This document shows positions 23,671 to 37,232 of a stretch of DNA of 64,000 nucleotides, piece after piece. Made by a program: the position numbers and the translations under genes. The stretch's first letter is position 1. Every line of letters starts with the position of its first letter. Source of the DNA: Vicugna vicugna (lineage: Eukaryota); contig MU057651.1 of the NCBI GenBank assembly GCA_013265495.1, positions 496,001 to 560,000 on the forward strand, in the 5' to 3' direction. The notes under the pieces are model-generated. The model ran no database searches. It was not told where the DNA came from and worked only from the letters and a program-made list of their open reading frames with translations.

Positions 23671-26600
23671 TTTCATAATGTAAGAGCTGGTACCCTGCGG
23701 CTGGACTCCCAGCGATGATGCATAGATAAGTCATCACAGGGGCACAGGTCATGGGTCACAGGTAACACTGCTCCTCACCATTTATTTTTGTAAGTTGTCC
23801 CCAAGTGCTGCCATGTCTCTGACTAATCCTTGGCTAAACACTCCCTTCTGGGACACTTAGTATATCTTCCACCTCTCCCTTCCACCTCATCACCCCACCA
23901 CCTTGTTATTGATTGCATATATACAGCAACATGCACTAGACCGACAAAAGAGCATGGTTCAGTGCCCTGGCACCCCATTTTGGAAAGGGCAGTGACCCCT
24001 GCTATAAAAGAAGCTCAGAAAGGACAGAGAATGAAGGCGGCCGAGACATGTCTCTCCCTGTGGTGTCACCGGGTGTAATTTAAGCAGAGGCATTCCTGCA
24101 GTTGTTACACCCAGGCAAGTGTGGGGAATGAAACAGTTGTCTGTGACTGATTTAAACTGTGGTTTTTGACAACTGTGGCCTGGATTGAAGTGTCCCATCT
24201 GTTAAATTTAGTGTCCAAGGGAGCTGCGAACATGAGCTCTAATAGCAGCAGCTTCAGTTCTGTGGGGTCCTTCACGACTCAGGAAAAGCTTCTATCACCA
24301 AACCAAATTGGGCATTTTCTCTGCATCTAAGAGCTGTTTTAATTAATACAGTTATTCCTGGCAGGATACAGGAATGCAGGAACAAGGTGGGCAGAACGTG
24401 GAGGGGCAGGGAGGGGAATGGAGGAAGTCTCTTTCTAAATATTTAAGGAATAACCCAGGTTATCCTTATGCAAAAGTTACCCAAATGCTCCCTTCTCAAA
24501 GTCCCTGCTACTTCCATCCTCACTCCATCCTCATCCCCCTTTTCTCTAAGCCTGAAGTCCTCTGATTACCCCTGCTTCTAGCAAAGGCATTGTAGGCACC
24601 CATTCATATGGAAATGTTATTAAGACATTATCAGCCATTAACATTTTCAGTGCATTTGTCTATCAGATTTATGCTGGTAACATGATAGAGCCCCAAGGAA
24701 AGAATGATATGCTTTGGATGGAGGAAGGAAAAAGGGCTAGTAGTGAGAGAAAAAGATGCTGCATGGAGAAGGCGGTCCTGGGTGAGATTTTGCCACTGAT
24801 AGAAGGTGAGAGTTCTGCATGGAGAAGGCAGGACAGCGCTGCTGCCTTCCAAAGAGAAGGGAGGACAAAAAAATGCCCGAGTGGAGACATACAATTTGCC
24901 ATAGGTGGGCCCTTGCTCACTCACTGTCTCCATTCCAGAGGAGCTCGATAGGAAAGAAGTTTCAATGATATTACCCATTCTCAGTGGCAGCCTTCCCAGC
25001 TGCCCCAGTCAACTAATCCATGACTGTCTGCAGCTATATTTGGCAAGGCGGGCTCCCGTGTCTACACGTACCAGCTTGTGGAACGCACGTAAACTCCTAA
25101 TTCCTCCAAATTTAGGTTATCCCCGGTCTGCTCTCCCAGGATTTGCCAACATGAACTCTGAAACCCAGCCCTACCCATCCCCCCCAACTTCCAATCCTCC
25201 CCAACTTTTCTTCCCTAAAGCCTATCCCCAAAACACGCCATGTTCCCATCTGACTGACTCAAGGCCTTAAACTCTGCAGCTCTCTCTACCCTCCACCCCA
25301 AGTGCCTACTTTTTCTCAAAGAATTTTTATCATTTTCAGGCCCAGCTCAAGTCTTATTTATTGCACAAAGAAGTTCCAGACAACTCTAAATTTTACAAAA
25401 TGGAAATAAAACTTAAGATGTACCATTCATTGGGGAGATATAGACCATAAAATAGACAGTTCTAATGAAAGTGTGATAAATGAAGTATCTAGGTTCAAAT
25501 CCTGGTCCTAGTACTCACTAGCTGCAGAACTGTGGGTAAATCATGCAACTTCTTTGACCCTCAGTCTCCTCATCTATAAAATGGGGAAATGAACAGTACT
25601 GACCACTGTACTGGCACCCAGCACAGTGTTGTTCCCTTCTGTTCCAGGGCTTTGGACATGATCCAAGAGGCAGTTAAGGGCTGATGGAGGGTTTGTCCCT
25701 TTTTACTTAGGCTGAAGAGTCTGTAGGGAAAAGCTTTGACAGAGAATCAGAAATATACAACTTAAGTCAAGTGCCTCTCAGGCAGAGGAGAAGAGTGAAT
25801 GTCTGTAGGACGGTTGGGGAGGGAAAAGGTCTGACTTCCCGGTGGAGGCAAGACAGCAGGGGCTGTTCGGAAATGAATGATAAGAGCACGATGTCGGTTA
25901 AAGGCCAAGCTGGACCTTGGGAGTCAGCAATAGTTCCTCCACTCCTGGAAAAGGGAGAGAGGGAGGGAGAAATACACCCCCCAGCCATATTCTGTAAGGC
26001 ACAAACTACAGAGGTCTTCAGGTATTCCCTACTGAGGGACAGGTGCTACCCTTCACCTCAAAAAAGCGAGAAGCTCATTGCTGTAGGCATGCACACAAAG
26101 AGAGTCCCCAGATCACATTTTCTCTTGGACGCTTCCATTATGCAGCCCCTGGTGCCCCCTTTCATTCCTACCACCCTTGCCACTCTCCTCCCAGGAGCAG
26201 TTGTGTTTAGTTGTATGAAAAGTCACCATTCAGAAGAGTAATTCGAAGTTCAGGACCACAGGAACTTTTGTCAAGTCTTAGAGTAAACACCTTAGATGCT
26301 GTCAAAAATTGTTATCTTCACTAGAAGTGTTTGGCTTTTTAGGCGCTCCCGTTTCCTGGCCACTGACCCTCTTCCCATGGTTCTCAAGCTTTAGGAAGTT
26401 TAACTCTCCAAATCGAATTCCAAGGAAATAGGAACAACTTTGCTGAGAATCTTTCTGTCAGAAGAAGCAGCAGCATCACTCACTGTGGAAACCTACAACT
26501 TGACCTCTCCCATGTTCCCTGTTCTTGTGCACAGCCAAGTGGCACTGAGGCACCAAGGAAAGCTACCTGGCACAGACCTCTGGCTGACACCTCACAACTG

Positions 26601-27941
26601 AGCTTCACTTAGGGTGAGGGGCTCCAAAAGGGTGAGACACCAGCCTGGCAATCGTCTAGAGGAATCCTTGTATCCGGGTACAAGTCTCCCACCAAGCTTG
26701 GAATTGTTTGCCGATGCCCCGCTCCTGAGGGTGTGTATGCTCTTCTGAGAAGGGTGTTGCAAGGTGAGAGCTCTAGAGAGGAAGGAAGGGAAGGAAGGGA
26801 GAAGTTCACTAAGAATGCCTCCAAATCCCAAACTTGGGTCCAGCCAACCAGGGCAGTATGACCCAGTGGAAACGGCCAGGCTTTCCACCCACAACCTTGG
26901 GTTGTAATCTCAGCTCTGCCAGTGAAAGACCCATCTTCCTGACATGAAAACGAAACATGACAATATACAGGAAGCACACTGCCCATAACAGGGTACTCAG
27001 TCAATGTCAGCTGAGGCAGAGGCGCTAAGGAAGAATTTGCTTCCCGGGCTCATTATAGGGCAGGGTGCTAGTGTTTATTCTCTAAACCTGTTATTCCCCA
27101 TGTTTTCCGCTAGTCCAGGACTCCCATCACCCTTGTACCTCTTTCCCTTTGCTACCTGCTTAAAGGAGCCAAGATCTAGCTAGCCCTCAGGGTGGGGGCC
27201 AACCCCCTGTGCTTTGGTTTTCTCACTGTCTAGTGAGTGTGCTGTGCTCCACTATCTTGTCCCACCTCCGTCCCTTCAATATTTCTCCTTCCTCTTCATC
27301 TTATCAAGATCCAGTTCAAAGTGGGCCTCATCTCATGATTCCTCCTCCCAGGCTCTATCACTGTTAATACATCCCACACATATTTACACTTAACACGCCG
27401 AGTTGTAGGAAATGTAACTGTTTCCTTTCTGCCTGCCTTGCCTTCCCTTTGGCAGCATGGAAGCAGTCTGAGAGCTCAGGCCAGCCAGCTCTTCTCCCTT
27501 TTCTGTATCCTTGCATTCCTTCAAGGAGCAAGCAGTATGCTAGGTGCGGGGCTGCAGAGATGAACTTGACACTGTCTCTGTCCTCAAAGTGGGGGTAAAC
27601 ACCTCAGAGAAACATTGGAGAGAAGTGCTATGCCATTTGAGGTTGCTGGCCAGGGGAAGGTATTCAAGGTAGGGAAAAAGGCTTGTGGAAAGGCCTGGGG
27701 AAAGGAAAAGTCATGCCATGTTCTGAGGATGCTTAGAGCATCAAATTCTGCGAGCTTTGGCCACACGGTGGGAAATATGGCTGGAGACGGAGAGTGAGGC
27801 CACTGCTGAAGAGTCTGGTTTTTGGAGCTAAAGAGTCTCAATTATATCCTGTAAGCAAAGGGAGCCAAGGGAGCTTTTGCTATGCTAACGGTGAACATAC
27901 TTTATGTCAGCTATCTGTCCACTTGTCAGTTTATCCTCCAA

Positions 27942-28153
27942 TAGTGGCTCTCACCCAGGGCTATTTTTGCCTCCAGGAGACATTTAGCCAGGTCTATAGA
28001 TATTTTTAGTTGTTGTGACTCGGAGGATGCTACTGGCATCTAGTCAGTAGGGGTCAGGAATATTGCTAAATGTGGTACAATGTAAAGAACAGTCCCCACA
28101 GCAAAGATTTACCCAGTCCCAAATGTCAGTAGTGCCAAAGATGAGAAATCTTG
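27942..28153 (+). mobile_element. MER20 hAT-Charlie MITE
   Basis: Full-length match: tagtggctctcacccaggg...tgctactggcatctag...cccaaatgtcagtagtgcc...gagaaatcttg. Confidence 0.9.
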
Positions 28154-28357
28154 TCCTACAAGAACGGCTATTGTCTGTATCTTCAAGTCCCAGTAGGTTC
28201 TCAAACATTGTGAGTGCTGGAGTGCTTAAGAAACATTGAATGAATGGATGGATGCCTGATGTAACATCCTTTTCTGGGAAAAATATGTGTCTAAGTATAT
28301 CCTGCTCTGTTGAATTACTCTCTTTCCCAATGCCTTCTGTGTGTTTGTCTCCATCTG

Positions 28358-28476
28358 TTAGAATGTCACTCCATGAGGGTAGAGACTCTGTCTTGTTTGC
28401 TGTGGGCTCCCCAGCAGTTAGGTGAATGACTGGCAAATAGTAGGTGCTCATAAATGTTTGTTGAATCAGTGAATGG
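28358..28476 (+). mobile_element. L2 3' end
   Basis: tagaatgtcactccatgagggtagagac...tagtaggtgctcataaatgtttgttgaat. Confidence 0.8.
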
Positions 28477-28619
28477 TAGATTTGATGGGTGGGGCAGGGG
28501 ATAGAGACTATAGGAAGCCAGGATTTGAAGTGGTTGAGATTTCTCCTTCTTGTCTGGCAAGGAGCAGAACGGGAAAGCAGAGAGCCCTGAAGACCTTCTG
28601 TCTTGAATTCCTCAGAACC

Positions 28620-29710
28620 AGGTCTCTCCTTTGGACCACAACTTCCAGTTTTCAGAAGTTTAGTTAAGGGAGTGTCTTGGATTTCTTTAGGCTGATTCTG
28701 TTTGGGGCTCACTCAACTTCTATAATGTGTAGGTTTATATCTTTTGACAAACTTGGAAACTTCTTGACTTTTTTTTGAAGTATAGTCACTATTTTTTCAA
28801 ATATTTTTCCAATCTCACACTCTCTACCCTCTCCTTCTCAGATTTCTATGATACAAAATTAATTCTTCTGTAATTTTCCCATAGGTCCCTGAGGCCCTAT
28901 AACCCCTTATTTTTTCAGTCTACTTTGTCTCTGCTATTCAGCTTGGGTAAATTCTATTTCTCCATCTTAACAATCACTAATTCTACCCTATAATCTCCAC
29001 TCTACTGTTGAGTCCATCCAGTGAGTTTTTCATCCAGTTACTGTGTTTTTCAGTTTTATAATTTCCCTTTAGTTCTTCTTTACATTTTTTATTTCTTTGC
29101 TGGGATTTTCCATATTTTTTCATTTGTTTCAAAAGAATTCATAATTGCTCATTGAGATCAACTAGCTTTGCCTCACATTGTCTTGTTCAATCTGCTTGCT
29201 ACCAAATGGGTGTGGAGACTCAGCACACTTGGACTGCTGTGATGGGAGAATTGGAGCACTGACTGTTTCTGCCATGCAGGGCGTAGAAGATCAGCTCCCC
29301 ACTCAGCCACACTGAAAGCCCAGGGGAGTGGTGTGGCCTTGTTGCATTGATGTTTAGTTGGAATAGGATGGAAAGTGAAGAAAAAAAAGTCCTATTGTTA
29401 GGTTACCCTTTTCCCAGGTCTTTAGCTAAGAGGAACAGGCTTTCCTTAGGACCTTTTCTTTTTTGGTGGTGTCTATTGGAGGCTTTGGGTTGGGGGCTTC
29501 TGCAGAGTTCTGTCTGGAATACATGAGAAGAAATAAGAAAACCCAGAGAATTCGAGATTGTGTTGTTCCTCAGGTCCTGAGGTCCTTAGGCTGCCTGACT
29601 TCTCACCTTTTGGTCCTCCTGTGCTTGTTTGTTGTGGTAGGTCCAGTGTTTTTTAATTGTAGGAGGGAAGAGAGAATGATATTACTCTGTCTTGGCCCAA
29701 GTCAGAAGTA
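28620..29710 (-). mobile_element. Ancient L1M ORF1/5' region fragments
   Basis: Antisense L1M phrases (ctactgttgagtccatccagtgagttttt...ttttcagttttataatttc). Confidence 0.6.
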
Positions 29711-30374
29711 TGGGCCATGAATTTTTCCCTTATGCTTATTTCAGGCATTAGATCAAGTCAGTCACTACCTGCCAGGAGAGGCTTTGGCATGTGTGTGATA
29801 ATCATGTTTTACACTGCTGCACATCATGAGAGAATGTGTAGCTTTGGGCACAGCGCTTTCGTAGCCATGGCTTCATTCAATCGTCAGAACAACCCAGTGA
29901 GATAGGTACGGTTGCTATTCTCTCCATTTTGTAGACAAGGAAATCAACACACCCAGAGATTAATGAATTGTTCCAAGAGTGGCAGAGCTGACATTTGAGC
30001 TGAATGCCTCCAGGTCATAGTTTAGGGCTCCCTTCAACACACATGTTAGGAATGGCCACAAACCTGATCTTCTTACATCTCGTCTACCAGTTTCCCCTTG
30101 TCAGCGGGCACCCAGGGTTTTCCAGCCTGCCTTCCATCTCTGGACTTCACCCTCCTGCCTCTCTTGCTCTAGATCTGGTCTAAACTGCAGCAGTGCAGTT
30201 AGCGGGAACTTTCCAAGTGCCCAGCACTGTGACTTCACAGTCAATAGGTTCCAAAGGGCCACTTAGACTTCAGTTATCTCCATCAATTCAGACCAGCAGC
30301 AAGGGTCTAGGAAGAGGGTGCTGGTCTGTATTCTGTAGATGTTGCAGCTGTAGGGATTTAGCAGAAATGTGAAC

Positions 30375-30525
30375 AGGGGCCAGGACTTGTGCAGTCGCCC
30401 AGAGCCCCGTGCTTAGAGAGGCCCTGTGCCTGGTTTAATGCTCTGCAGTCACTCTTGTGAAATTCCTTATACATTTTGAACATTTTTCTTTTGTACTGGA
30501 CCTCACACATGATGTAGCCATTTCA
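30375..30525 (+). mobile_element. MER91A-like hAT-Tip100 MITE
   Basis: gagccccgtgcttagagaggccctgtgcctggtttaatgctctgc...ttttgtactggacctcacacatgatgtagcc. Confidence 0.65.
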
Positions 30526-30859
30526 GGCTGAGGCCCATGGTGTTCAGATCTCTGGGAGTAGGGTTCAGTCTCCCAGAAAAGACAAGAGGAGCCTGCAAAG
30601 TTATGGTCTTGAATGAAATGCTCCCAAGCATGAAATCTGTTCCTGTGAATTTCACACCACACTCCCATTCTTTTGCAATCAGTCAAGCTCAGCGACCTGT
30701 GTGAACTTCCTCCCTGAGTCGGGGCCCCACCATCTCCAAGTCTTGGCTACACTGCTCAATTTACCAGACCACTGCCACTTCATGTTTCAAAAGTGGTTTC
30801 TGTCTAATTAGACAGAATATGTTTGATGTATACAGAAACGTCCCCACTATATATAATCT

Positions 30860-31745
30860 CTTTTTTTTTAATTGAGGTAACATTGGTTTATAACATTATA
30901 TAAGTTTCATGTGTACAACATTATGTTTCTACTTCTATATATGCTACAGTCTGCTCACCGCTAGAAGTTTAGTTTTCCTTTGACCCCCTTTACTCATTTA
31001 GCTCTCCCCCGACCCCACTTTCCCTCGGGGAACCACTACTCTGTTCTCTGTATCCATGTATTTGTTTTGGTTTGATTTGGTTTGTTCATTCACTTAATAT
31101 TTTTAATTCCACATATGAGTGAAATCATACAGTATTTTTCTTTCTCCGTCCAACTTACTTCACTTAGCATAATACATGCAGGTGGCCAACAGACACATGA
31201 AAAAAGGTTTAGGATCACTAAGTACTAGGGAAATGCAAATCAAAACCACAATGAGGTATCACCTCACACCTTTCAGAATGGTTATTATCAAAAAGGAAAG
31301 AAATTTTAAAATCTTGGTTGGTGAGGATGTGGAGAAAAGGGAACTAAGGGAAGTCTCACACACTGTTGGTAGGAATACACTAGTGCAACTCATATGGAAA
31401 ACAGTATGGACATTCATCAGAATTAAAAACAGAACTACCATATATGATCCAGCTATTCCATTTCTGAGTATATATCCAAGGAATACGAAAACACTAATTG
31501 AAAAAGATATATGCACCCCCATGTTTATTGCAGCATTATTTATAGTAGCCAAGATATGGAAACAACCTAAGTGACTTTCAGCAGGTAAATGGATAAAGAT
31601 GATGTGGTAAATATATAATGGAATACTACTCAGCCATAAAAAGATGAGTTTTTATCATTTGCCATAACATGGATGGACCTGAAGGGTATTACACTAAGTG
31701 AAATAAGTTAGAAAGAGAAAGATAAATATCATGTGATTTCACTCC
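30860..31745 (-). mobile_element. L1 (L1MA-like age) with 5' inversion (twin priming)
   Basis: Poly(T) and antisense 3'UTR 30860-31175, then sense ORF2 end 31176-31745 ([13 protein letters not shown]...CTPMFIAALF). Confidence 0.85.
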
Positions 31746-32170
31746 TTTTTAAAAATTGAAATGTTGAGATTTCTCTTGCAGTTGTAACAGATAGTACAGA
31801 GAGAGATTTTGTTTACCCTTTCCCCAGCTTTTCCTAATAGTAAATTTTGTAAAACTCTACTACATGGCAGCTAGGATACTGATACTGATAGAATTCACAG
31901 ATCTTATTCCACTTTCCTCGTTCACTTATACTCATCTGTGTGTGCATTTAGTTCTATACAATTTTATCACATGTGGGTTCATGTATTTACCACCACGGGC
32001 AAGGTATGGAACAGTGCCATCACCTCAAGGATCCTTCGTGGTATTACCCTTTCATAACTGTACCCACATCCCTCCTGCAACCCTCTTCCCCACCCGTGAC
32101 AAACAGTCATCTGTTCTCCATTTCTAAAATTAGGATATCTGGGCTGGTTGCAGGTTTGGGCTATTATGAA
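31746..32170 (-). mobile_element. L1MC-type 3' end
   Basis: gcagttgtaacagatagtacagagaga...ttagttctatacaattttatcacatgtg. Confidence 0.7.
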
Positions 32171-35100
32171 TATCACCTCTGTTCTTGGCCGTCTGTTCTT
32201 CTCATGAGTTCGTAGCCCCTTTAAATGAGTTAGTAAAGCAAGATTTGTCAAGAAAATCTTTGAATCCCTTATCACTTAATGGTTATTTTCAATTTAGAGG
32301 CCACATGGGCCAGGAGAGAGCTGTAGGACTTTGGAGGTAAAAGAATTGTTTTTATAAAAACAGGGCTCCATTATTTCCTTCCTGTGTGGTCAGAGGCTGG
32401 TTACTTAACACTCCACCACCATCACCCCACCCTCCACCCAGCATCTTCCCTATCTCTGTTTAGCAGGAAAAACAATACCTCTGTACAGAGTTGTTTTTGT
32501 GAAGATTAAATGAGATAGCACATGAAAGCACCCAGTACTTTGTGGCTTTCCACAGTCCCTTCTTTCTTGGCACCAGCTGAGGAGGGAGAAGGAATCTAAA
32601 ATAGTGAAAAGTCGAAATTGGAGATCTTCAAAATGCAGTTTTAATACTCCTAAGTATTTACAACAAGGGGAAACAGGACAAGAATGACTGTACAACTGGG
32701 ACTTATAATTAGCTTAATGAGACTTCTAAAGAGCTCTAGGAGGCAACTGGGATAACGTCTTTTAACTAAGTCAAACAAGACCTTGTCCCATCCCCCACTC
32801 TCTGTCCCAACATAGGGGAGGCTTAATAAGTTTAGCAACTCTTTTCTTTCAAGATCTGGCTATAACAAGCTACAGCCTTCTTTAGTCCCATTTTTCAAAA
32901 ATCCTGAATTAGTGGAGCCCAGATGAATGACATTTTACTGGAGTGGAAAAAAAAAAGTCTTTCCCCCCATGTTGGAAAATTTTCATCGTTCTGTTCACTT
33001 CTAGACCCCTCCCTATCTTTCCTTAACTCTCAGGCTCCATGGCAGCTCAAGGCAGCCTCCACTCTTTTTGTTCTAAATCTATAAGCTCTCTCAGCACTCA
33101 GAGGGCCGTTTATGGATATGTAGCTTTGACAAAGAGATATTATCATTATGTCAGACCTCCCCTGTTTCTCAAGTTTTTAAATCCCAGAAGACAGTTCTAC
33201 CTGATTTTCTAAGCACCTTCAGTGAGTATGTGATTTTCTAAGCACTGATGGGACCATCTCAGGCTCTCTGGCTGAGTGGCTACTGGCATCCACTCTGACT
33301 GTCTCTGGACTCCATTGCCAAGTACAAGTATATGTACTGCATCTCCTCTTGGTGCCTCACCCTGAGATTTGCACTATGGGGAGAACAAAAGTCAGAAGTG
33401 CTATCCTCCAGGGGTTTGCAATTGAGAAAACCACACACTAAGTACCACGCACATGAAACAGTTGGAGAACAATTAACTAGAACCCACATTATATGATTCT
33501 GACTCAAAGTGAGATAATCAGTCCGAGGGGTTGCAGATCAGTGAGGGAGGAAGAAGGCTTCATGGAGAAAGTAAGGTTGGAGAATGAAAGGATAATGCCA
33601 ACTTAGAGAGATGGAGGAGTGAGAAAGGACCGTCCCAGTAGGGGGACATCTTGAGTTAAAACATGGGGATTGAATCATGTTTCCTGACCCATAAGTTCTG
33701 GATCACCTCAGTTCCTGGCTCTTCATCTGGCCTTCTGTTCATGACCTCGCCCACTCTTACCTGGCACCCAGCGATCAGCTCTCTGGGGCTGACATTCAGC
33801 TGCAATGTGTGCTTCAGTTTAGGATGACATCTTTATCCAAAGGGTCATCTCCACCCAAACTTCCCAGCCCCGAGTTCCCTGCCCTGGCATCAATCAGTGG
33901 TGGCTGTGTTCCTCAAGATGTTGTCCAGCCCTGATAAATGGAACCCAAAGTTCAGCTAGGCAAGTGCCAAGGAGTCGTGGTAAAACTGATGATGGGAAAT
34001 GGCTAAAATGACATCCCAGAGTGGGGGAAGGGCCTTGGAAACCAAGCAGAGGGGTACAGATTTGATATAGTCAGAGATTAGGAACCTCTGTAATCGTTTA
34101 TTTCTATTACTAGGGACAGAAGTTTCCTTTGACTAATAGTAAGAAAGTAGAGCCCTTTAGTGGACAAGGCAAATGAGTTGCTTCCCCTAATTAAAGGAAG
34201 TTCTGCCGACAGCCCAGTAAGGCATATTTTTGTGTTAACCAGGCCAACAGGGAAGACATCCAATTTACCCTCTCCCAAAGTCTTGGTTGAGCTCCACCCC
34301 ACACTGGCCCCAGGCTATTTGGTTTGGAAGCTGACAGTCCAACCTCTTCCGTGGCTTCTGTTCACACTCTCACTGGCCTTGGGGGACTGTAAAGTCAAAA
34401 GAAGCAGGGACTGCAGTTAGCTGGCCAAAACCAAATGTTATTGCCCCTGCGCTGCCTCACCACACTACACTGATGTGCGGCATTGGCCACCCCTACCCCC
34501 CAACACCGGGTGCTGCTGGGTTTTCCCCATAGGGGAAATCGATATTACAACCTAGGGATGAAAAATGCCCAGGGTGAGAGAAAAGATTGGGCTAGGAATG
34601 CAACTAGAGGATGCAAAGGGCAGAATTCAAGACTTGGGTGTGGGCTGAGATGGAATTAACCAGAATCTTAAAGCATCTTGGAGAGAGTAGCCACCAACTT
34701 GCTCTACCAATCCTGGGCTACTGAATCAAAAGGGTGCTTACAACTATCCCCATAGACTTTTGAAGGGGGTGAAAACTTTTGCAAGGATAAGTAAAATGTA
34801 GCACTTTACCCAGAATATGAAACAAACAAAAAAATAGCACAGACTGAAAACTTCCACAAAATAAATGAATGGCTGATCTTTAACTCATTGAGGGCTGAGA
34901 TCATGTTTCTTATTGCTGACCATTATATCCCCAAGATCTAACATAGTATCTGGCACATAGAAGAAGCTCAGTAAATGCTTATGGAATGAATAAATGAATC
35001 ACAGTAATAATAGTAATGACAGTAATGAATATTTGTCGAGCCCCAGTTGTACACCAGGCAGTGTTCTAAATAGTTTACATGTATTAACTAGCTGATTGGA

Positions 35101-35576
35101 TCCTCAAAACAACCCTTTGAACTAGGGTCATTATTATTCCTATTTTACAGAGCAGGAAAGCAAGGCTCAGGAGGACTGTTTCTTGCCCAAGGGTACATAA
35201 CTAGTAAGCAACAAACCTTGAGTGAATGGTTACTTACTAGGGGAAGGCAGGGACACCTTGGCTATTTCTTGACCACTTGTAGTCTCTTAGTGTTCATAAT
35301 GATCAACCAAATGTGCTATGAGGCAGACCCAAGGTGGTGATTCTTTATGATTTCCCCTGCCTGGGATGCTATCCTCAATCTTCTCTTTCACCTTACCACA
35401 AAAGCACACATCACTCCTTTCTTCCTATTAAAATCCTACTCATGCTTAAAAAGATTCAGTTCATATTTCACCTCTTTTACCAAGTCTGTGCTGACTACTC
35501 TTGCTAGAAGCACTCTCTCCCACTTTGGAACCCATATGACACCCATAGATACCACTCGTCTGATACTTGAAAGCTA

Positions 35577-35690
35577 CATAGCATGGTGGTTAAGAGACAG
35601 ACTTTAGAGTCAAATGGGGCTGGATTTAAATTCCAGATCTGCCAATTTACTAGGTGTGTGACTATAGGCAAGTTACTTAACCTCTCCATT
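35577..35690 (+). mobile_element. MIR SINE 5' part
   Basis: catagcatggtggttaagag...tgtgtgactataggcaagttacttaacctctc. Confidence 0.8.
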
Positions 35691-35699
35691 GAGGAGCAT

Positions 35700-37232
35700 G
35701 ATCTTTGAACTGGAAAGAGAATTAAAGCCCAAGATAGATGAGGAGATAATAAGGGAGTACTTAGCTGCCTTCAATGAGTTCAAGTTTCCAAGCCCAGACA
35801 AATTACATCCGAAGCTACTGAGAGAATGTGCAGGTGTGATCACAGAGCCAGTCTTAGTAACCTTTGAGAAATTATGGCAAAGGGAATAGGTGAGAGGAGC
35901 AAGGAGGCAGGCAAATGTTGTTCCAAGTTTTATTGAAGGCGGGGGTGGTGTTGCAGGCTGCAAAACGTATATCCTGAAAACTGCAGACCAGTGAGCATGG
36001 CATTGGTCTTTGGCAAAGGTATAGAATGCACTATTAAGCACATCATTTTGGAGGCTTTAGAAAGGGAGCGGAAATCACTAGGGGTAAGCATGAACTCACT
36101 AAAAGCAAGTCATGCTTAACCAAGCCCATTTCCTTTTTTGAATGAGTATCTAAAAGGTTAGATGAAGGGAATACGGTAGTGTAATGGATCTGGATTTCAG
36201 TGAGACATTTGAAAAAGTCTTATAATATCCTCATGGAGAAGAAGGAAAAATTGGAGCTGGGTGGTAGCAGAAGTTATATGGATTGTCTCAAGTTTGAGCA
36301 ACCTTGTTAAAAGTGATTTTTAATAAGGGCAGGGCTCTAAAGTCAAGCTGCTGTACTCTGTCCTGGACCCTATTTCATTCAATATTTTTATTAGTCACGT
36401 TGATCAAATATGCAGATAAAAGAAACTTGATGATACAGAGTATGCACTTTCAAGCGGGGGCGATATCGCCCCCAAGAGGGCAAAATTGGTTCTTGATGAG
36501 TGAAAAAAATACTTTACCTACAGAGCACAGATCTGTAGAGAGTAAATAAACATATACAGAGCATATCAGTGTTATTCAAATTTCATGGGGAGAGATTAGG
36601 AAAAATGTCTAAAAAGGATCTTTAGGGGTGTGATCATGAAAAAAAAGGATTGAGAAATATTGGTATAAGATCTGATACTTTAGATGAGAGACTCAAGATC
36701 TAGAAAAATCATAAACGGGCAAATTGAAATAAAAATAAACAAGGTGATGGTTATTGAGGATGCATGTAAATCCCAGTGTCTAGGTTAAAATAAAAGTTAG
36801 TTGTATAAGGGTAGACTCAGGCAAATAATAGTAGTTCGAGCAAGACACAAAAGAGGGTTTTAATTGAGCTATGAGCTACACATTGAGCAGATTTATGCTC
36901 TGAATAGCAAAAGATCTGGAAACCATGTCCGATGAGGTATGATTTAAATGAATTGAGGATATTTCGCCTAGAGGACAAAAGACTTGGACTGACATGACAG
37001 ATATCTGTCATATTATAGAGGAATTCGAAATGGTTTATGTAAAGCTAATTTGTGCTCAACCTGAGGAATACGTTATGTGTTTTTAAAAACAATTAGGGGA
37101 TGTCCAAACCTGGGACAAGCAGCTTTCCAGAGGGATGCACTTTCCAGATTATCAGGACAATACTTCTGCACTGAGCAGGAAGGTAGATATGACTTCTAAA
37201 GTTCCTTCTAATTCCCAGACTTGATGATTCTC
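35700..37232 (+). mobile_element. L3/CR1 LINE ORF2 (RT) fragment and 3' end, interrupted by a hAT MITE at ~36436-36663
   Basis: ORF 35689-35889 (EFKFPSPDKLHPKLLRECAGVITEPVLVTFEKLW) resembles the CR1 RT motif KSPGPDxLHPRVLKELAxVIAEPL; 3' end gacttctaaagttccttcta...gatgattct. Confidence 0.85.

Noticed and set aside
28044..28712. 222-aa minus-strand ORF
   Set aside because: Spans MER20 and L2 remnants; no coding hallmarks
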